Notes: generated by a model not told the origin, from the letters alone. DNA of 59,267 bases from an uncultured Clostridiaceae bacterium (GCA_964427595.1 CAYRUQ010000005.1:1-59267); one strand, 5' to 3'; positions 48,378 through 59,083 are shown, counted from the stretch's first letter. Numbers and translations are program-made.

Positions 48378-50512
48378 TGTTTGTTCCTCTTATTCTTGAT
48401 GAAGATATTGAGTGATAAGCCGCTGATGATCGCTAAGCGGATGTAATAATCGTTATGTTCAACATTGCCTGCATCAGTGAAGACGAGATTGACATAGTCA
48501 TCAAAATTATAAGTGAAAGAGTTCTTAGTAGGATTGAAGATGAAATAAGCTTCAAAGTCCGGATATATATAATTGATCTTGATAGCATTATAAGCTAAGT
48601 TTTCAAATGAGATGTGCTTATCAATCTCATTTAGATTATCAATCATTCCGAAGAATCTCTTTTTAAAAGCTATGACATCTTTAAAGAACAAAAGAAGGCT
48701 GTTTCTATGATAAGCGGTCTGATAATCAAATCCATTGACCTCATCACCAGCGTTATAAGAATTACCTTGTCCACCTTTTGATAAACCGACTTCCTGTCCT
48801 TGATGGAAGAAAGAGATACCACTTGAGAAAGCGACAGCAGCGTTGATCATCTTGATTCTCTTGAAGATCTCTTCCTGAGTCTCATCCTTACAACAGACTG
48901 ATAACTTGTCATAAAGAGTGTGGTTATCATGACATTCAACATAGTTAATTGATTGAAGAGGAGTAGCAAAAAGCGGAGCAAAAGCAAGTGCGATAGCTGA
49001 ACCTAAATAGACATGTTTGAAACCATCGATATAGTTAGTATCGCCAGAAAGATAACCCTTTAATCCTAAAGAAGATGTGCTACCTTTGACGATATCTCTA
49101 AAACGATCATTGAAAAAGGCGACATCTTTGAGCTGATATGAGTTTCCAATATCAGACTTCTTATCACCAGGTAGGGCAGTAGGAAGATTCCAACCCTCTC
49201 CATAAATCAAAGCATCCGGTCTCTTTTTCTTAACTTCTTTGACGATAAGATTGACGGTATCTACATCTAATATCGAGATAAGATCGAATCTGAAACCATC
49301 TGCATCAAAGAAATCAATCAGATGAAGCAGGGAGTCGATAATAAGCTTTCTAGCCATGTAATGGCGGGATTCAATGTCGTTTCCACAGCCAGAGCCATTG
49401 GAATTATTGCCGTTATTATCAGTTCTGAAATAATACTTAGGAACGAGAAGATTAAGAGAGTTGAATTCGACACAGAAGACATGGTTATAAACGACATCAA
49501 GTAAGACCCTTAATCCCTTTGCGTGAAGTGAAGAAACGAGGTTTTTAAATTCTTTTACACGAGCATAAGGGTCAGCAGGATCAGATGAATAAGAGCCCTC
49601 TAAAGCGAAGAAGAAATAAGGATCATAACCCCAGTTATAAGCGGTACTCGGTCTTTGTTCATCAATCGTATGAAAATCTAACACTGGTCCTAATTGAACA
49701 TGACTGACACCTAAAGAAGAGATGTAATCGATGCCGATAGGATTACCTTTTTTGTCTGTAAGTCCATCTCTTGATAAAGCATTAAAAGTGCCTTTATCTT
49801 CTAAAGATGTTTTAGAAGTCATATCTCTGACAAAGCATTCATAGATAACGGCGCTTAATGGTTCAGTGAAGGAAGGGAGTAATTCCCTATTAGTCTTTAT
49901 CTGTTTGACCTTCTTAGGATTGATAACATAAGCGATTTTTGAGTTAGTTCCTAATGAATATGCATAAGGGTCGACCACATCCTTAGTCTCACCAAAGATA
50001 GTGATAGTAAAAAGATAAGAAGCTTCATCAAGATCTCCTGACACTTCATAAGAGAAGACACCAGTCTCTCTATCAGGAATCATCTCAAAGATCTCTCTTG
50101 TCTCTGAATCTTTTCTTTTGATCTTCAAAAGCATCGCTTCAGCAAAAGGCGAGAAGACTCTGAATGTGGTCTTTTTAGAAGAGTAAATAGCACCTAGTGC
50201 ACCATCAAAACGATACTTTTTTTCAAAGCCTTCACTCTGAGCGAGATAAGAGATATCTAAAGGTATGAAATAATTCTCGCTAGTTTTAATCTCATACTTC
50301 TTGCCGGGGACATAAACGAAATCATGAATGATCAAAGTGTAGATGAAAGTCGACTGGGACTCACTTTGACTGACCGGAATGATGTCCATGATAAATTTGT
50401 CATTTTCAAAGAGAGAAAAGACTTTTTTAGGAGAGATGTAGAAGTCTTTGCTGATCGTCACTTCGATCACATTGTCGCTTTTGGCTGTGGCTAGAAGTAA
50501 TGGTTTTCTCAT
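48374..50512 (-). CDS. pulA: Type I pullulanase / glycogen debranching enzyme (GH13), cytoplasmic
   Basis: YNWGYDP, DVVYNH, DGFRFD, YGEGW, YVECHDN; no signal peptide; start ATG 50512 behind GAGGA. Confidence 0.92.
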   Translation of the reverse strand: MRKPLLLATAKSDNVIEVTISKDFYISPKKVFSLFENDKFIMDIIPVSQSESQSTFIYTLIIHDFVYVPGKKYEIKTSENYFIPLDISYLAQSEGFEKKYRFDGALGAIYSSKKTTFRVFSPFAEAMLLKIKRKDSETREIFEMIPDRETGVFSYEVSGDLDEASYLFTITIFGETKDVVDPYAYSLGTNSKIAYVINPKKVKQIKTNRELLPSFTEPLSAVIYECFVRDMTSKTSLEDKGTFNALSRDGLTDKKGNPIGIDYISSLGVSHVQLGPVLDFHTIDEQRPSTAYNWGYDPYFFFALEGSYSSDPADPYARVKEFKNLVSSLHAKGLRVLLDVVYNHVFCVEFNSLNLLVPKYYFRTDNNGNNSNGSGCGNDIESRHYMARKLIIDSLLHLIDFFDADGFRFDLISILDVDTVNLIVKEVKKKRPDALIYGEGWNLPTALPGDKKSDIGNSYQLKDVAFFNDRFRDIVKGSTSSLGLKGYLSGDTNYIDGFKHVYLGSAIALAFAPLFATPLQSINYVECHDNHTLYDKLSVCCKDETQEEIFKRIKMINAAVAFSSGISFFHQGQEVGLSKGGQGNSYNAGDEVNGFDYQTAYHRNSLLLFFKDVIAFKKRFFGMIDNLNEIDKHISFENLAYNAIKINYIYPDFEAYFIFNPTKNSFTYNFDDYVNLVFTDAGNVEHNDYYIRLAIISGLSLNIFIKNKRNKQ

Positions 50513-50523
50513 ATAAATATTCC

Positions 50524-50853
50524 TCAATCTTGATACAGAATAACGATAGCTACGGCATTTTGATCATGGGAGAGAGAAACGAAGGCTTTCAGCGGTTTGC
50601 AGTCAAGTAGCAGGGATGGTTTACCACTTTCATCTTTTCTTAAAGTCAAACGTCTGTAATCGACCATCTTATCAGAACTAGCTTTGACATAAGCTTCTTT
50701 GATAGCGAATCTAGAAGCTAGATAAGAAGCTTTATCTACACTAGCTATATACTCAGCAAACTCACTTTCAGATAAGACTCTTTTAGCGATATCTTCTTTG
50801 TCTTCAAAGCGAGAAATACAGGCGGTATCAACGCCAACACCGATGATCGTCAT
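50524..50853 (-). CDS. acpS: Holo-ACP synthase
   Basis: GVGVD, SRFAIKEA, GKP, SLSHD. Confidence 0.93.
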   Translation of the reverse strand: MTIIGVGVDTACISRFEDKEDIAKRVLSESEFAEYIASVDKASYLASRFAIKEAYVKASSDKMVDYRRLTLRKDESGKPSLLLDCKPLKAFVSLSHDQNAVAIVILYQD

Positions 50854-52088
50854 TTCTTTTTCAAGTAGAAGATACTTCTCGGGAAAGTCATGAAATCAGC
50901 GGTGAAATTCTTAAACGATTTATAGTTCATCTTACTAGTAGCAGCAATAAGACCGGTATAAGGCATATTATTGGCATAAGCGCTAGCGAAATTGAAGAAC
51001 AAATCAGAAGGTGAAACCAAAGTTCCTAAACTCTTAGCATAGTAATTCTCGATGATGCTAGAGAAGACGGAATGGCTCAATTTCTTATTCAAATGAGTGA
51101 AATAATTAGTCAAATAAGTCTTTAAAGCCACGCCTTTCTCACTTCTGAATTGAAGGAGTAAATAGGAGTCTTCACCACCTTGTTTAAACTCGCAATTGAT
51201 AAGTTCACAAGAGAATTCTTCCAAGTTTTTTAAGAATTCCGGGTTCTTTCTGAAATAGATATCCATGAAGACTTCATAAACGTAAAACATCAATTGGCCA
51301 TACTTTTGATAGATCTGTTCACGAGAGAAGAACTTGACTCCTAAAGTCAAAATCGAAGCATCGATATCTTCTCTTTCTTCCTCTTCATAACTCTCTTTGA
51401 CAGCTGTGTAATTCTCTTCGTACTTACCTTCTTTACTATCCGGATAAGTGTTTCCTAAAAGTTTTAAAGATTCCACTCCTTTTAAAACGGCATCATTAGT
51501 GTAATCACCGATGATGAAGAGAGTGATATTAGCAGGTGTGTAATACTTCTGCAGGTATTTCTTTAAAGCAGAGTAATGAATCGAAGTCAAATCAGCTTCT
51601 GAAGGGATGATTCCATACTTGATAGGAGAAGAGAAGAAGAGGTTATCAACTGTCTTTTTAGCTGAATAAGTGAGATCAGTCAAAGGATCGGCTTTGATCG
51701 TTTTCTTCACTTTTTCGATATCTTCTTCCGAGAAAGAAGAAGGGACTAAGCTTTTCAATAATTCTCTAAAAGGTTCAAAGACATCACCTAAGGTATAAAC
51801 AGAGAAAATCGTGTAAGAGAAATCAGTATGACTCTTTAATACGACACCTTTCTTTAAGAAATTATCTTTGACCTCATCACGAGCGAGAACTTTTTCAAGG
51901 ACATAAGGAGTTCCGAAAGGAATCTTGGATTTATCGATCTGTAAATCACGTTTAAATCCGCCTTGAGCGATATAAACACCAGCGCCTCTAACTTGGTTCT
52001 TAGAAGGTATAAAAATCAGTTTGAGACCATTATCAAACTTCTGTTCATAGAAAGGACAAAATACATGTCCGTAATCAGACTTGATCAT
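50850..52088 (-). CDS. M16 peptidase-fold protein (YmfH-like) lacking HxxEH
   Basis: FDNGLKLIFIP, IPFGTPYVLEK at the zinc-motif position, YYTPANITLFIIGD; start ATG 52088 with ATGA overlap. Confidence 0.75.
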   Translation of the reverse strand: MIKSDYGHVFCPFYEQKFDNGLKLIFIPSKNQVRGAGVYIAQGGFKRDLQIDKSKIPFGTPYVLEKVLARDEVKDNFLKKGVVLKSHTDFSYTIFSVYTLGDVFEPFRELLKSLVPSSFSEEDIEKVKKTIKADPLTDLTYSAKKTVDNLFFSSPIKYGIIPSEADLTSIHYSALKKYLQKYYTPANITLFIIGDYTNDAVLKGVESLKLLGNTYPDSKEGKYEENYTAVKESYEEEEREDIDASILTLGVKFFSREQIYQKYGQLMFYVYEVFMDIYFRKNPEFLKNLEEFSCELINCEFKQGGEDSYLLLQFRSEKGVALKTYLTNYFTHLNKKLSHSVFSSIIENYYAKSLGTLVSPSDLFFNFASAYANNMPYTGLIAATSKMNYKSFKNFTADFMTFPRSIFYLKKK

Positions 52089-53221
52089 GAAGCACCTCCA
52101 CAAGCGACGACGATAGCTTTGATAGAAGCGCTCTTGCTGTATTCAAGAAGCAAGTCTCTATCTTCAGAAATCTCGAGGAAATCATCACCTGATAACCCGA
52201 AAGCATGAGCTAATAAGAAACGTTTGAGAGTCATCTCTTCATCGAGTTGAAGATTCAATCTCTTCTCTTGGTTATATAAAGTAGCTTCATCAAAATACTT
52301 TTGGACTTTTTCAGGGAGAGCAGTCTCAATACCGAGTATTCCATTCTTAGCTAAGTACTCGCCTTTGTTTTTAAGAGTACTCACTAACAAAACAGGATGA
52401 GAAGCATCGATGTAATCGATTGAGACATTTGTCTCAGCTCCTAAATGACTAAGGCTGTGTTCCTGATAAAGGAGAGATAGTGATCTTAAGAAGGTCTCAA
52501 AAACATCCATTTCCTTGAATGTCTTAAGAGTCGGTATTTCAAAGATATAAGCGACAGCTTCATCTGAGATTTCTTTGCTATTGATTGTGTTATAACCGAT
52601 GATTGTTGAAACATCAGTCACGCTATCTAAAAGAGAATTATACTTAGTTAGAGGAGGTAACTCCTTCTTCAAAGGCTTTCCAAAATAAAGAAGCTCGCCT
52701 TTCTTATTGTCTCTATAGGTTTCAAAAGCTTGGTTGACTTGAGAAACTGAGACTCTTGAAATCTTCTCATGAGAAAGATAAGGAGCAGAATAAAGACAAG
52801 ATAAAGATGCTCTTAAAAGATGAATAGCTTTCTTATTCTCTTTCTTGGTTTGATAAATAAGAGAAGCTTTGAGATTTTCAAACGACAAGTTATCGACTTT
52901 AAAACCAGAAGAGAGGATCTCTCTTTGAATCTCGACCCCTTTGGTATAAGGGTTAGTGAAGATATATCTTAAAGCTTGATGTTCAATCTGAGTCAACGAA
53001 GCAAACAAAGCGAACTTATCACCCCTAGAGAGAAGAGAAAATTTGATGTTCAAATCCGCTAAAGAAGAGAAGTCTTCTTTCTTCTCAAGCTTTGGATACT
53101 CGCTTAAAAGCTTGGAGAGAACAACATAAGTTTCCGCCTCTTCTTTAGGAAGAGAATCAATCTGAAGGATATGTCTTTTAGCGAGTGATTCGCTATAGAG
53201 ATAATTATTTTTGATAGCCAT
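52085..53221 (-). CDS. Divergent M16-like partner subunit (YmfF position)
   Basis: Lies between ftsK and the YmfH-like gene, as in the Bacillus spoIIIE-ymfF-ymfH region; start ATG 53221 behind GGAGG; little recognisable motif content. Confidence 0.55.
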   Translation of the reverse strand: MAIKNNYLYSESLAKRHILQIDSLPKEEAETYVVLSKLLSEYPKLEKKEDFSSLADLNIKFSLLSRGDKFALFASLTQIEHQALRYIFTNPYTKGVEIQREILSSGFKVDNLSFENLKASLIYQTKKENKKAIHLLRASLSCLYSAPYLSHEKISRVSVSQVNQAFETYRDNKKGELLYFGKPLKKELPPLTKYNSLLDSVTDVSTIIGYNTINSKEISDEAVAYIFEIPTLKTFKEMDVFETFLRSLSLLYQEHSLSHLGAETNVSIDYIDASHPVLLVSTLKNKGEYLAKNGILGIETALPEKVQKYFDEATLYNQEKRLNLQLDEEMTLKRFLLAHAFGLSGDDFLEISEDRDLLLEYSKSASIKAIVVACGGAS

Positions 53222-53222
53222 A

Positions 53223-56213
53223 TCAATCCTCCATCGGTCGACGTTGAACGACGATATTTTTACCACCTTGAATGGCTTGGATGATACCTTCAGTTCTCAA
53301 TTTGGCGATGACTTGATCGGTCTTGGAATAAGAGATAGAGAAGTTTCTCATGATGTTGGATTTAGAGACGATACCAGTCTTCATGACATAGTCTTTGATC
53401 TCTTCGTAAAGATCTTCAAATGACTGAGCTTTTCCGACGCTAGGACCTTCATCTTGTTCAACTTCAAGCTCTAAGAAATTAGGATCATAAGAAGGATCAC
53501 CAGCATTAGCATGGAGATAATCGACGACTTTTTGAATATCTTCTTTAGAGACGAATGGAGATTGACATCTGATCAAGGACTTCTTACCAGGGCACTTGAA
53601 GAGAAGGTCACCTTTACCGATTAGAGTCTCAGCTCCGTTCTCATCAAGGATGACACGAGAGTCGACACCACTTGAGCAGGACAAACCGATACGACAGACG
53701 ATGTTTCCTTTGATGACCATAGGGATGACTTCTTTACTAGGTCTTTGAGTGGCGATAATCAAGTAGATACCAGCTGCACGAGCTTTCTGTGTGAGTCTTT
53801 GGACATAGCCTGCGACATCCTCACCACCTGTTTGCATCAAATCAGCAAATTCATCGATGACACAGACGACATTAGGCATCTCTTCTATCTGGTCTTCTCT
53901 TCCGATTCGCTTTTCTTGATATTCAGCAATCTTGACACAGTGCCACTTAGATAAAACCGAATAACGTCTATCCATCTCTTCACAAAGCTTTGATAAAGCG
54001 ACGATCGCATTAGAAGCATCAGTGACGACTGGGCAGAAAAGGTGAGGTTCTAACTTATATTGATCAAATTCGACTTGTTTAGGATCGATGAGTATCAACT
54101 TCAATTGAGAGGGATAGTTTCTCATGATCAAAGTCAAGATCATTGATTGAACTAAGACCGATTTACCTGAACCAGTCGTACCAGCGACAAGAAGGTGAGG
54201 CATGTCGTTTAAGGGAAAATTGACGATATTACCAGAGATATCTTTACCGATGGGAAGTAAAAGACTATCTTTCGTATTTCTTTCTATCTCACTGAAGACT
54301 TCCTTGAAAGGAACAGTCATCGGAGCAGCGTTTCCAAGTTCGATACCGGAGGTGGAACGCCCCTCGACGACCGTCTCGATTCTGACTGACTTATCACCGT
54401 TTAATGCGATTTGTAAATCGTTGACTAAAGAAGCTAATTTATCACTTCTCACACCAGGTTCCATCTGGATGTTGAATCTGGTGACAGAAGCACCGATCGT
54501 ATAAGAGACAGCCTTAGCTTGGAAGTGGAAGTTCTCAAAGAAATTGTTGATAACCTTAGCTTTCTCTTGCGCAGCTTCCGAGTTAGTGATCAGCTTAGCG
54601 GAGTCATCGATATCTTCAAAGAGAGTATCATCAGGAAGCGGATAATCATAAACTCTCGGCTTGTTAGAGACATATTTATAAACAGCAGCTTTCTTGGCAT
54701 CTTTCTCTGCTTTGATTCTAGCTTCTTCTTCCTCTCTCTTTCTTCTTTGAATCTCAAAATATCTCTGCTCAAGATATTCTTCAGTTTCAAGAGGTGCTTT
54801 AACTTCTTCCTCAGCCGGCTCAGGTTCAGGAAGATCGACTTGGAATTCCATCGGTCCTATCTTCTTCTCACCATAAGCTCTCGCCTTAGCTGCTTGAGCT
54901 TCTAAAGGATTGACTCTGTTGACACTCGTATTTTGAGGAGCACCCGCTGCTAAGAAAGCATCAGGACTGATATCATCTTCATCTAAAACCGGTCTAGGTT
55001 CTTGAGAAGAAATAGGAGCTTGAGTTGCCACTTCCACTTTAGGTTGATAAGTAGTCGTCACAGTAGAGCTTGAAGTATTAGCGCTCTTAAAAGCTTGTGC
55101 CTTTCTAAGAAGGATATCTTTCTCATCTTGCGAGAGATTGAAATGTGTATTTTCGTTTGTCGTCTTATAAGAAACAGTTTCCTGAACACTAGGTTGTGTT
55201 TCTAATGCTTGATTTTCTACTGGTGCAGTTGAAGAAACAAAAGCACTTTGAGTTGAAACCTGTCCACTTTCAAGTTGAACACTTGAGGGTTTATTTTCAT
55301 CAGTTTGAGAAGTTTCAAGTTGACTCTTCAACTGAGTGAAAGTAGAAGCTGAAGAGATAAACGCACTTTGAGCTGAGGAAGTAGTAGCACTTGAAGGAGC
55401 ACTCTCTTCAACAGCAGGACTAGAAAGTGTTTCTTCAACTTTTTGAGTTTGAGAAAGAGCTTTCGTCTCCTCGATGAAACTAGCTTGAGTAGTACGACCA
55501 AAACCTTCTCCACCTAAAGGAGCTAATAAAGAAGGATCGACAGTCTTTTTAACAGGAGCTTCAGGAATAGTCTCTTTCACCTTTTCAGGAGTATTGCTCT
55601 TTTGGAAAGGAGAATGATATTCAGCTTCCATCTTGTTCTTTTTTCTCTGTTTGATGATGTTTTTAATCGGTGAGAAAAGAATGAAGAATACAGCTAAAGC
55701 AAGAACGACACTATAAATAACGATAGCACCTATAGATGTGAGAACATCACCAAGTAGAGAGAGAAGAGCAAGTCCGATAAAACCACCACCTAAATCAACA
55801 AGTCCAGAAGAAGGGGTAGGAGAGAAAGCTTCAGGAGAGAAGACGGCCATCCTCTCCCAGTAGATAGTTGAGAAAGTAACATCCTCACTCGCTTCAACCG
55901 CTTGATAAACCTGGTAGGAGCAAAGAGAGAGAACCATCAAGAAAAGAAGAAGACCACCAAGCCATTGAAGGATATGACCTTTGAATTTGAAGAAAGAACC
56001 TTTGATCAATAACCAGAGTCCACCAACTAAAAAGCCGATCAAAGCAACTGGATAAAGAAAGCCGAATAAAAAGCCTAATCCATAAGTGAGAAACTCGCCT
56101 AAAAAGGTCTGATTAGTAGATCCGATAATCGCTAAACAAATAAAAACAATTCCGACACAACGAACAATCAATGAATTGCTCGATTTATTCTTTTTTGTTT
56201 CATTACTTTCCAT
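53223..56213 (-). CDS. ftsK: DNA translocase FtsK/SpoIIIE
   Basis: N-terminal TMs, S/T/Q-rich linker, HLLVAGTTGSGKS, VIDEFAD, LIIATQRP, GAETLIGKGDLL, C-terminal gamma wHTH. Confidence 0.96.
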   Translation of the reverse strand: MESNETKKNKSSNSLIVRCVGIVFICLAIIGSTNQTFLGEFLTYGLGFLFGFLYPVALIGFLVGGLWLLIKGSFFKFKGHILQWLGGLLLFLMVLSLCSYQVYQAVEASEDVTFSTIYWERMAVFSPEAFSPTPSSGLVDLGGGFIGLALLSLLGDVLTSIGAIVIYSVVLALAVFFILFSPIKNIIKQRKKNKMEAEYHSPFQKSNTPEKVKETIPEAPVKKTVDPSLLAPLGGEGFGRTTQASFIEETKALSQTQKVEETLSSPAVEESAPSSATTSSAQSAFISSASTFTQLKSQLETSQTDENKPSSVQLESGQVSTQSAFVSSTAPVENQALETQPSVQETVSYKTTNENTHFNLSQDEKDILLRKAQAFKSANTSSSTVTTTYQPKVEVATQAPISSQEPRPVLDEDDISPDAFLAAGAPQNTSVNRVNPLEAQAAKARAYGEKKIGPMEFQVDLPEPEPAEEEVKAPLETEEYLEQRYFEIQRRKREEEEARIKAEKDAKKAAVYKYVSNKPRVYDYPLPDDTLFEDIDDSAKLITNSEAAQEKAKVINNFFENFHFQAKAVSYTIGASVTRFNIQMEPGVRSDKLASLVNDLQIALNGDKSVRIETVVEGRSTSGIELGNAAPMTVPFKEVFSEIERNTKDSLLLPIGKDISGNIVNFPLNDMPHLLVAGTTGSGKSVLVQSMILTLIMRNYPSQLKLILIDPKQVEFDQYKLEPHLFCPVVTDASNAIVALSKLCEEMDRRYSVLSKWHCVKIAEYQEKRIGREDQIEEMPNVVCVIDEFADLMQTGGEDVAGYVQRLTQKARAAGIYLIIATQRPSKEVIPMVIKGNIVCRIGLSCSSGVDSRVILDENGAETLIGKGDLLFKCPGKKSLIRCQSPFVSKEDIQKVVDYLHANAGDPSYDPNFLELEVEQDEGPSVGKAQSFEDLYEEIKDYVMKTGIVSKSNIMRNFSISYSKTDQVIAKLRTEGIIQAIQGGKNIVVQRRPMED

Positions 56214-56338
56214 CTATAGATACCCTTAAATGCACTAGTAAAGTATACCACAGTAAGACCTTCATTCTTTCAGTAATCGAAATTTTACAAGAGAAAAGAA
56301 AACAGAGTTAAAAAGAGACTTTTTTTCTCTTTGAGAAA

Positions 56339-56379
56339 AGAAAAAGCTCAGGTCGATGAAAATCAACATGCTTGAGCTT
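56339..56379 (-). terminator. Terminator of galK-galT
   Basis: Minus strand AAGCTCA...GTTGAT-tttc-ATCGAC-cTGAGCTTTTT. Confidence 0.7.
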
Positions 56380-56400
56380 CATTGATGGACTTAAAAATCT

Positions 56401-57903
56401 TCAGTTTTGATTGACGAATTTTACAAAGCGAAGAAGACCTTCTTTTCCTTCCTCATTCTGCTTATAAACACCAGCGCATTCCAAAACTTTCTTGAAGACT
56501 AAACCAGTCTCTTTTTCAAGGATAGAATCGATGTTATCAGCAGTGACTTTATAATTCTTGATAAAGCTATCAACCCAAGTCTTATGCTTGTTAGCAAGTT
56601 CATCAGTAGCGAGATCTTTATCAGCAAGAATAGCCTCTTTGACAGCATTGAGTTCATTTTTCAATCTTGAAGGAAGAACAGCTAAGCCCATGACTTCTAT
56701 AAGACCGATGTTCTCTTTCTTGATGTTCCATAACTCCTGGTGAGGATGATAGACACCAAGCGGATATTCATCAGTCGTGATGTTGTTTCTCAAAGCTAAG
56801 TCAATCACATACTCATCATTCTTCTTATGAACGATAGGGGTGATCGTATTGTGCTTGACTCCATCAGTTTCAGCATAGATGAAGGATTTCTCATCAGTGT
56901 ATGAACGCCAAGCATTTAATATCTTGACTGATAAAGATATGAGTCGTTCAGGATCACTACTTTTAAGTCTGATATCACTGACTGGCCAGTGCAGGAAAGA
57001 TGCTTTAACATCTTCATATCCTCTAAAAGAGATTTCACAGACATCATCAGCTCTAAACATCGGGAACACATATCTTCCGCCTTGGTAGTGATCATGAGTG
57101 AGAATCGACCCACCTACAATAGGAAGATCAGCATTAGAACCGAGAATATAGTGAGGGAAGAGCTTGACGAAAGCAAACAGATGCCTGATAGCTTTTTCGT
57201 CAATCACCATCGGTATATGTTTCTTATTAAAGACGATACAGTGCTCGTTATAGTAGCTATAAGGAGAATATTGTAAGAAGAAATCATCACCATCTAACTT
57301 GATAGGAATGATGCGGATAGTCTCTCTAGCAGGATGGTCGACTCTTCCACGATATCCTTCATTTTCAGCACAAAGCTGGCATTTAGGATAATTGGATTGT
57401 TTCATCGTCTTAGCAGCAGCGATAGCTTTAGGATCCTTCTCAGGTTTAGAGAGATTGATAGTTATATCTAAGTCTCCATATTCAGTCTCAGTCGTCCACT
57501 TCAAATCTTTCTTTATACGATAGGAACGGATATAATCGGTATCTTTAGAGAACTGATAATACCAATCAGTACAACTTTCAGGCGAATTCCAATACTGGTT
57601 ATAAAACTGAGTGATGACTGAATCAGGACGAGGAGTGAAGCAGTTCATAACCTTAGTATCAAAGAGGTCACGATAAACGACAGAATCATTTTCTAACAGA
57701 TTATTAGAGACTGCATAATCAAGAATTCCCTTGAGCGTTGTCTCTAAATCAACATTCTGATATTCGTCTTCAGGTTCAACATATTCATCGATATTAAGAA
57801 CATCTAACAGCAAGTTGATTGAATAAGTTATCTCATTTTCAGAGATGAGATATCTCTCGAGAGCATAGGTAGCCAATTGTTTAATCAGTTGATAAATTGT
57901 CAT
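56401..57903 (-). CDS. galT: Galactose-1-phosphate uridylyltransferase (Firmicutes type II)
   Basis: ITINLSKPEKDPK, YPKCQLCAENEGY, QYSPYSYYNEH, GGSILTHDHYQGG, ENIGLIEVMGLAVLP. Confidence 0.96.
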   Translation of the reverse strand: MTIYQLIKQLATYALERYLISENEITYSINLLLDVLNIDEYVEPEDEYQNVDLETTLKGILDYAVSNNLLENDSVVYRDLFDTKVMNCFTPRPDSVITQFYNQYWNSPESCTDWYYQFSKDTDYIRSYRIKKDLKWTTETEYGDLDITINLSKPEKDPKAIAAAKTMKQSNYPKCQLCAENEGYRGRVDHPARETIRIIPIKLDGDDFFLQYSPYSYYNEHCIVFNKKHIPMVIDEKAIRHLFAFVKLFPHYILGSNADLPIVGGSILTHDHYQGGRYVFPMFRADDVCEISFRGYEDVKASFLHWPVSDIRLKSSDPERLISLSVKILNAWRSYTDEKSFIYAETDGVKHNTITPIVHKKNDEYVIDLALRNNITTDEYPLGVYHPHQELWNIKKENIGLIEVMGLAVLPSRLKNELNAVKEAILADKDLATDELANKHKTWVDSFIKNYKVTADNIDSILEKETGLVFKKVLECAGVYKQNEEGKEGLLRFVKFVNQN

Positions 57904-59069
57904 CAGAATAACCTCCTGACTCCATCGCTAGGTTCTAATACTGAAAAAGTAGCAGTCAGCTTAGTCTGATTCTTATATTCTGCACCGACTTTGGCGATGA
58001 ATTCATCAATGTATTCATCCTTGACGATCGAGACGGTATTTCCACCCCAGCCTCCGCCAGTCTCTCTTGAACCATAGACACCTTTCTGATTTCTAGCTTC
58101 ATCAACTAAAACATCGATTTCAAAACAAGTGGCATCGTATTGATATCTTAACGAATCACCTGATTCATTGATCAGCTTTCCAAAAGTCTCGATATCATTG
58201 TTCTCTAAAGCAGCGATCGCTCTTCTCGTCCTATCTTCTTCATAGATAGCATGTTCAGCTCTCAGTTGAGCAACAGGTGATTTGATTAAATGACGATAAG
58301 TTTCAAACTGAACAGGAGTTAATTCACAAAGAGCTTTGATATCCAATTCTTTTTGAAGATCAGCTAAAGCTTCTTCACACTCTCTTCTTCTATCGTTGTA
58401 GTGCGATGAAGAAAGAGAATGAGGTTTGTTGGAGTTAGCGACGATGATCTTGCATCCTTTTAAAGTGAGTGGGATATAACGGCATTCTAAAGTGCCAGTG
58501 TTGAGATATAAAGCATATCCTGCTTTTCCGTTAGCACAGGCATATTGATCCATGATTCCACAATTCATACCGTTGAAATTGTTCTCAGCATATTGACCGA
58601 TTAAAGCGATATCGGTATTTGAAACTTCAACTCCACAGGTGTCTTTGAGCATCAAACCGGTGACGACTTCTAAAGCGGCTGATGAAGAAAGACCAGAACC
58701 TGGGATATTCCCATGAACTAAGATGTCATATCCTTTTTCAATCTTGAAGCCTCTTTTACCAAAGGCCCACATGACACCTCTAGGATAATTAGTCCAATCA
58801 TGTTTTTTATGGAAAACTAAATCATCAAGACTGGACTGAGTGATTCCATAACGTTGAAAATTAGTGGAATAAAAACAAAGCTTACGATCTTCTCTTTGTC
58901 TAGCGATGATCGTATTTCCAGCTGTGATCGCACAAGGGAAGACATGTCCTCCGTTGTAATCGATGTGTTCACCGATGAGATTGACACGACCAGGTGCAAA
59001 ATAACCTCTGATATCACCTTCAGGTCCGTAAAGTTCCTTAAACAATTGAGTCAATTCTTCGATAGTCAT
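57903..59069 (-). CDS. galK: Galactokinase
   Basis: APGRVNLIGEHIDY, GSGLSSSAALE, CGIMDQ, GSRETGGGWGG; start ATG 59069 behind GAGGTGG. Confidence 0.97.
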   Translation of the reverse strand: MTIEELTQLFKELYGPEGDIRGYFAPGRVNLIGEHIDYNGGHVFPCAITAGNTIIARQREDRKLCFYSTNFQRYGITQSSLDDLVFHKKHDWTNYPRGVMWAFGKRGFKIEKGYDILVHGNIPGSGLSSSAALEVVTGLMLKDTCGVEVSNTDIALIGQYAENNFNGMNCGIMDQYACANGKAGYALYLNTGTLECRYIPLTLKGCKIIVANSNKPHSLSSSHYNDRRRECEEALADLQKELDIKALCELTPVQFETYRHLIKSPVAQLRAEHAIYEEDRTRRAIAALENNDIETFGKLINESGDSLRYQYDATCFEIDVLVDEARNQKGVYGSRETGGGWGGNTVSIVKDEYIDEFIAKVGAEYKNQTKLTATFSVLEPSDGVRRLF

Positions 59070-59083
59070 GTATTCCACCTCGC

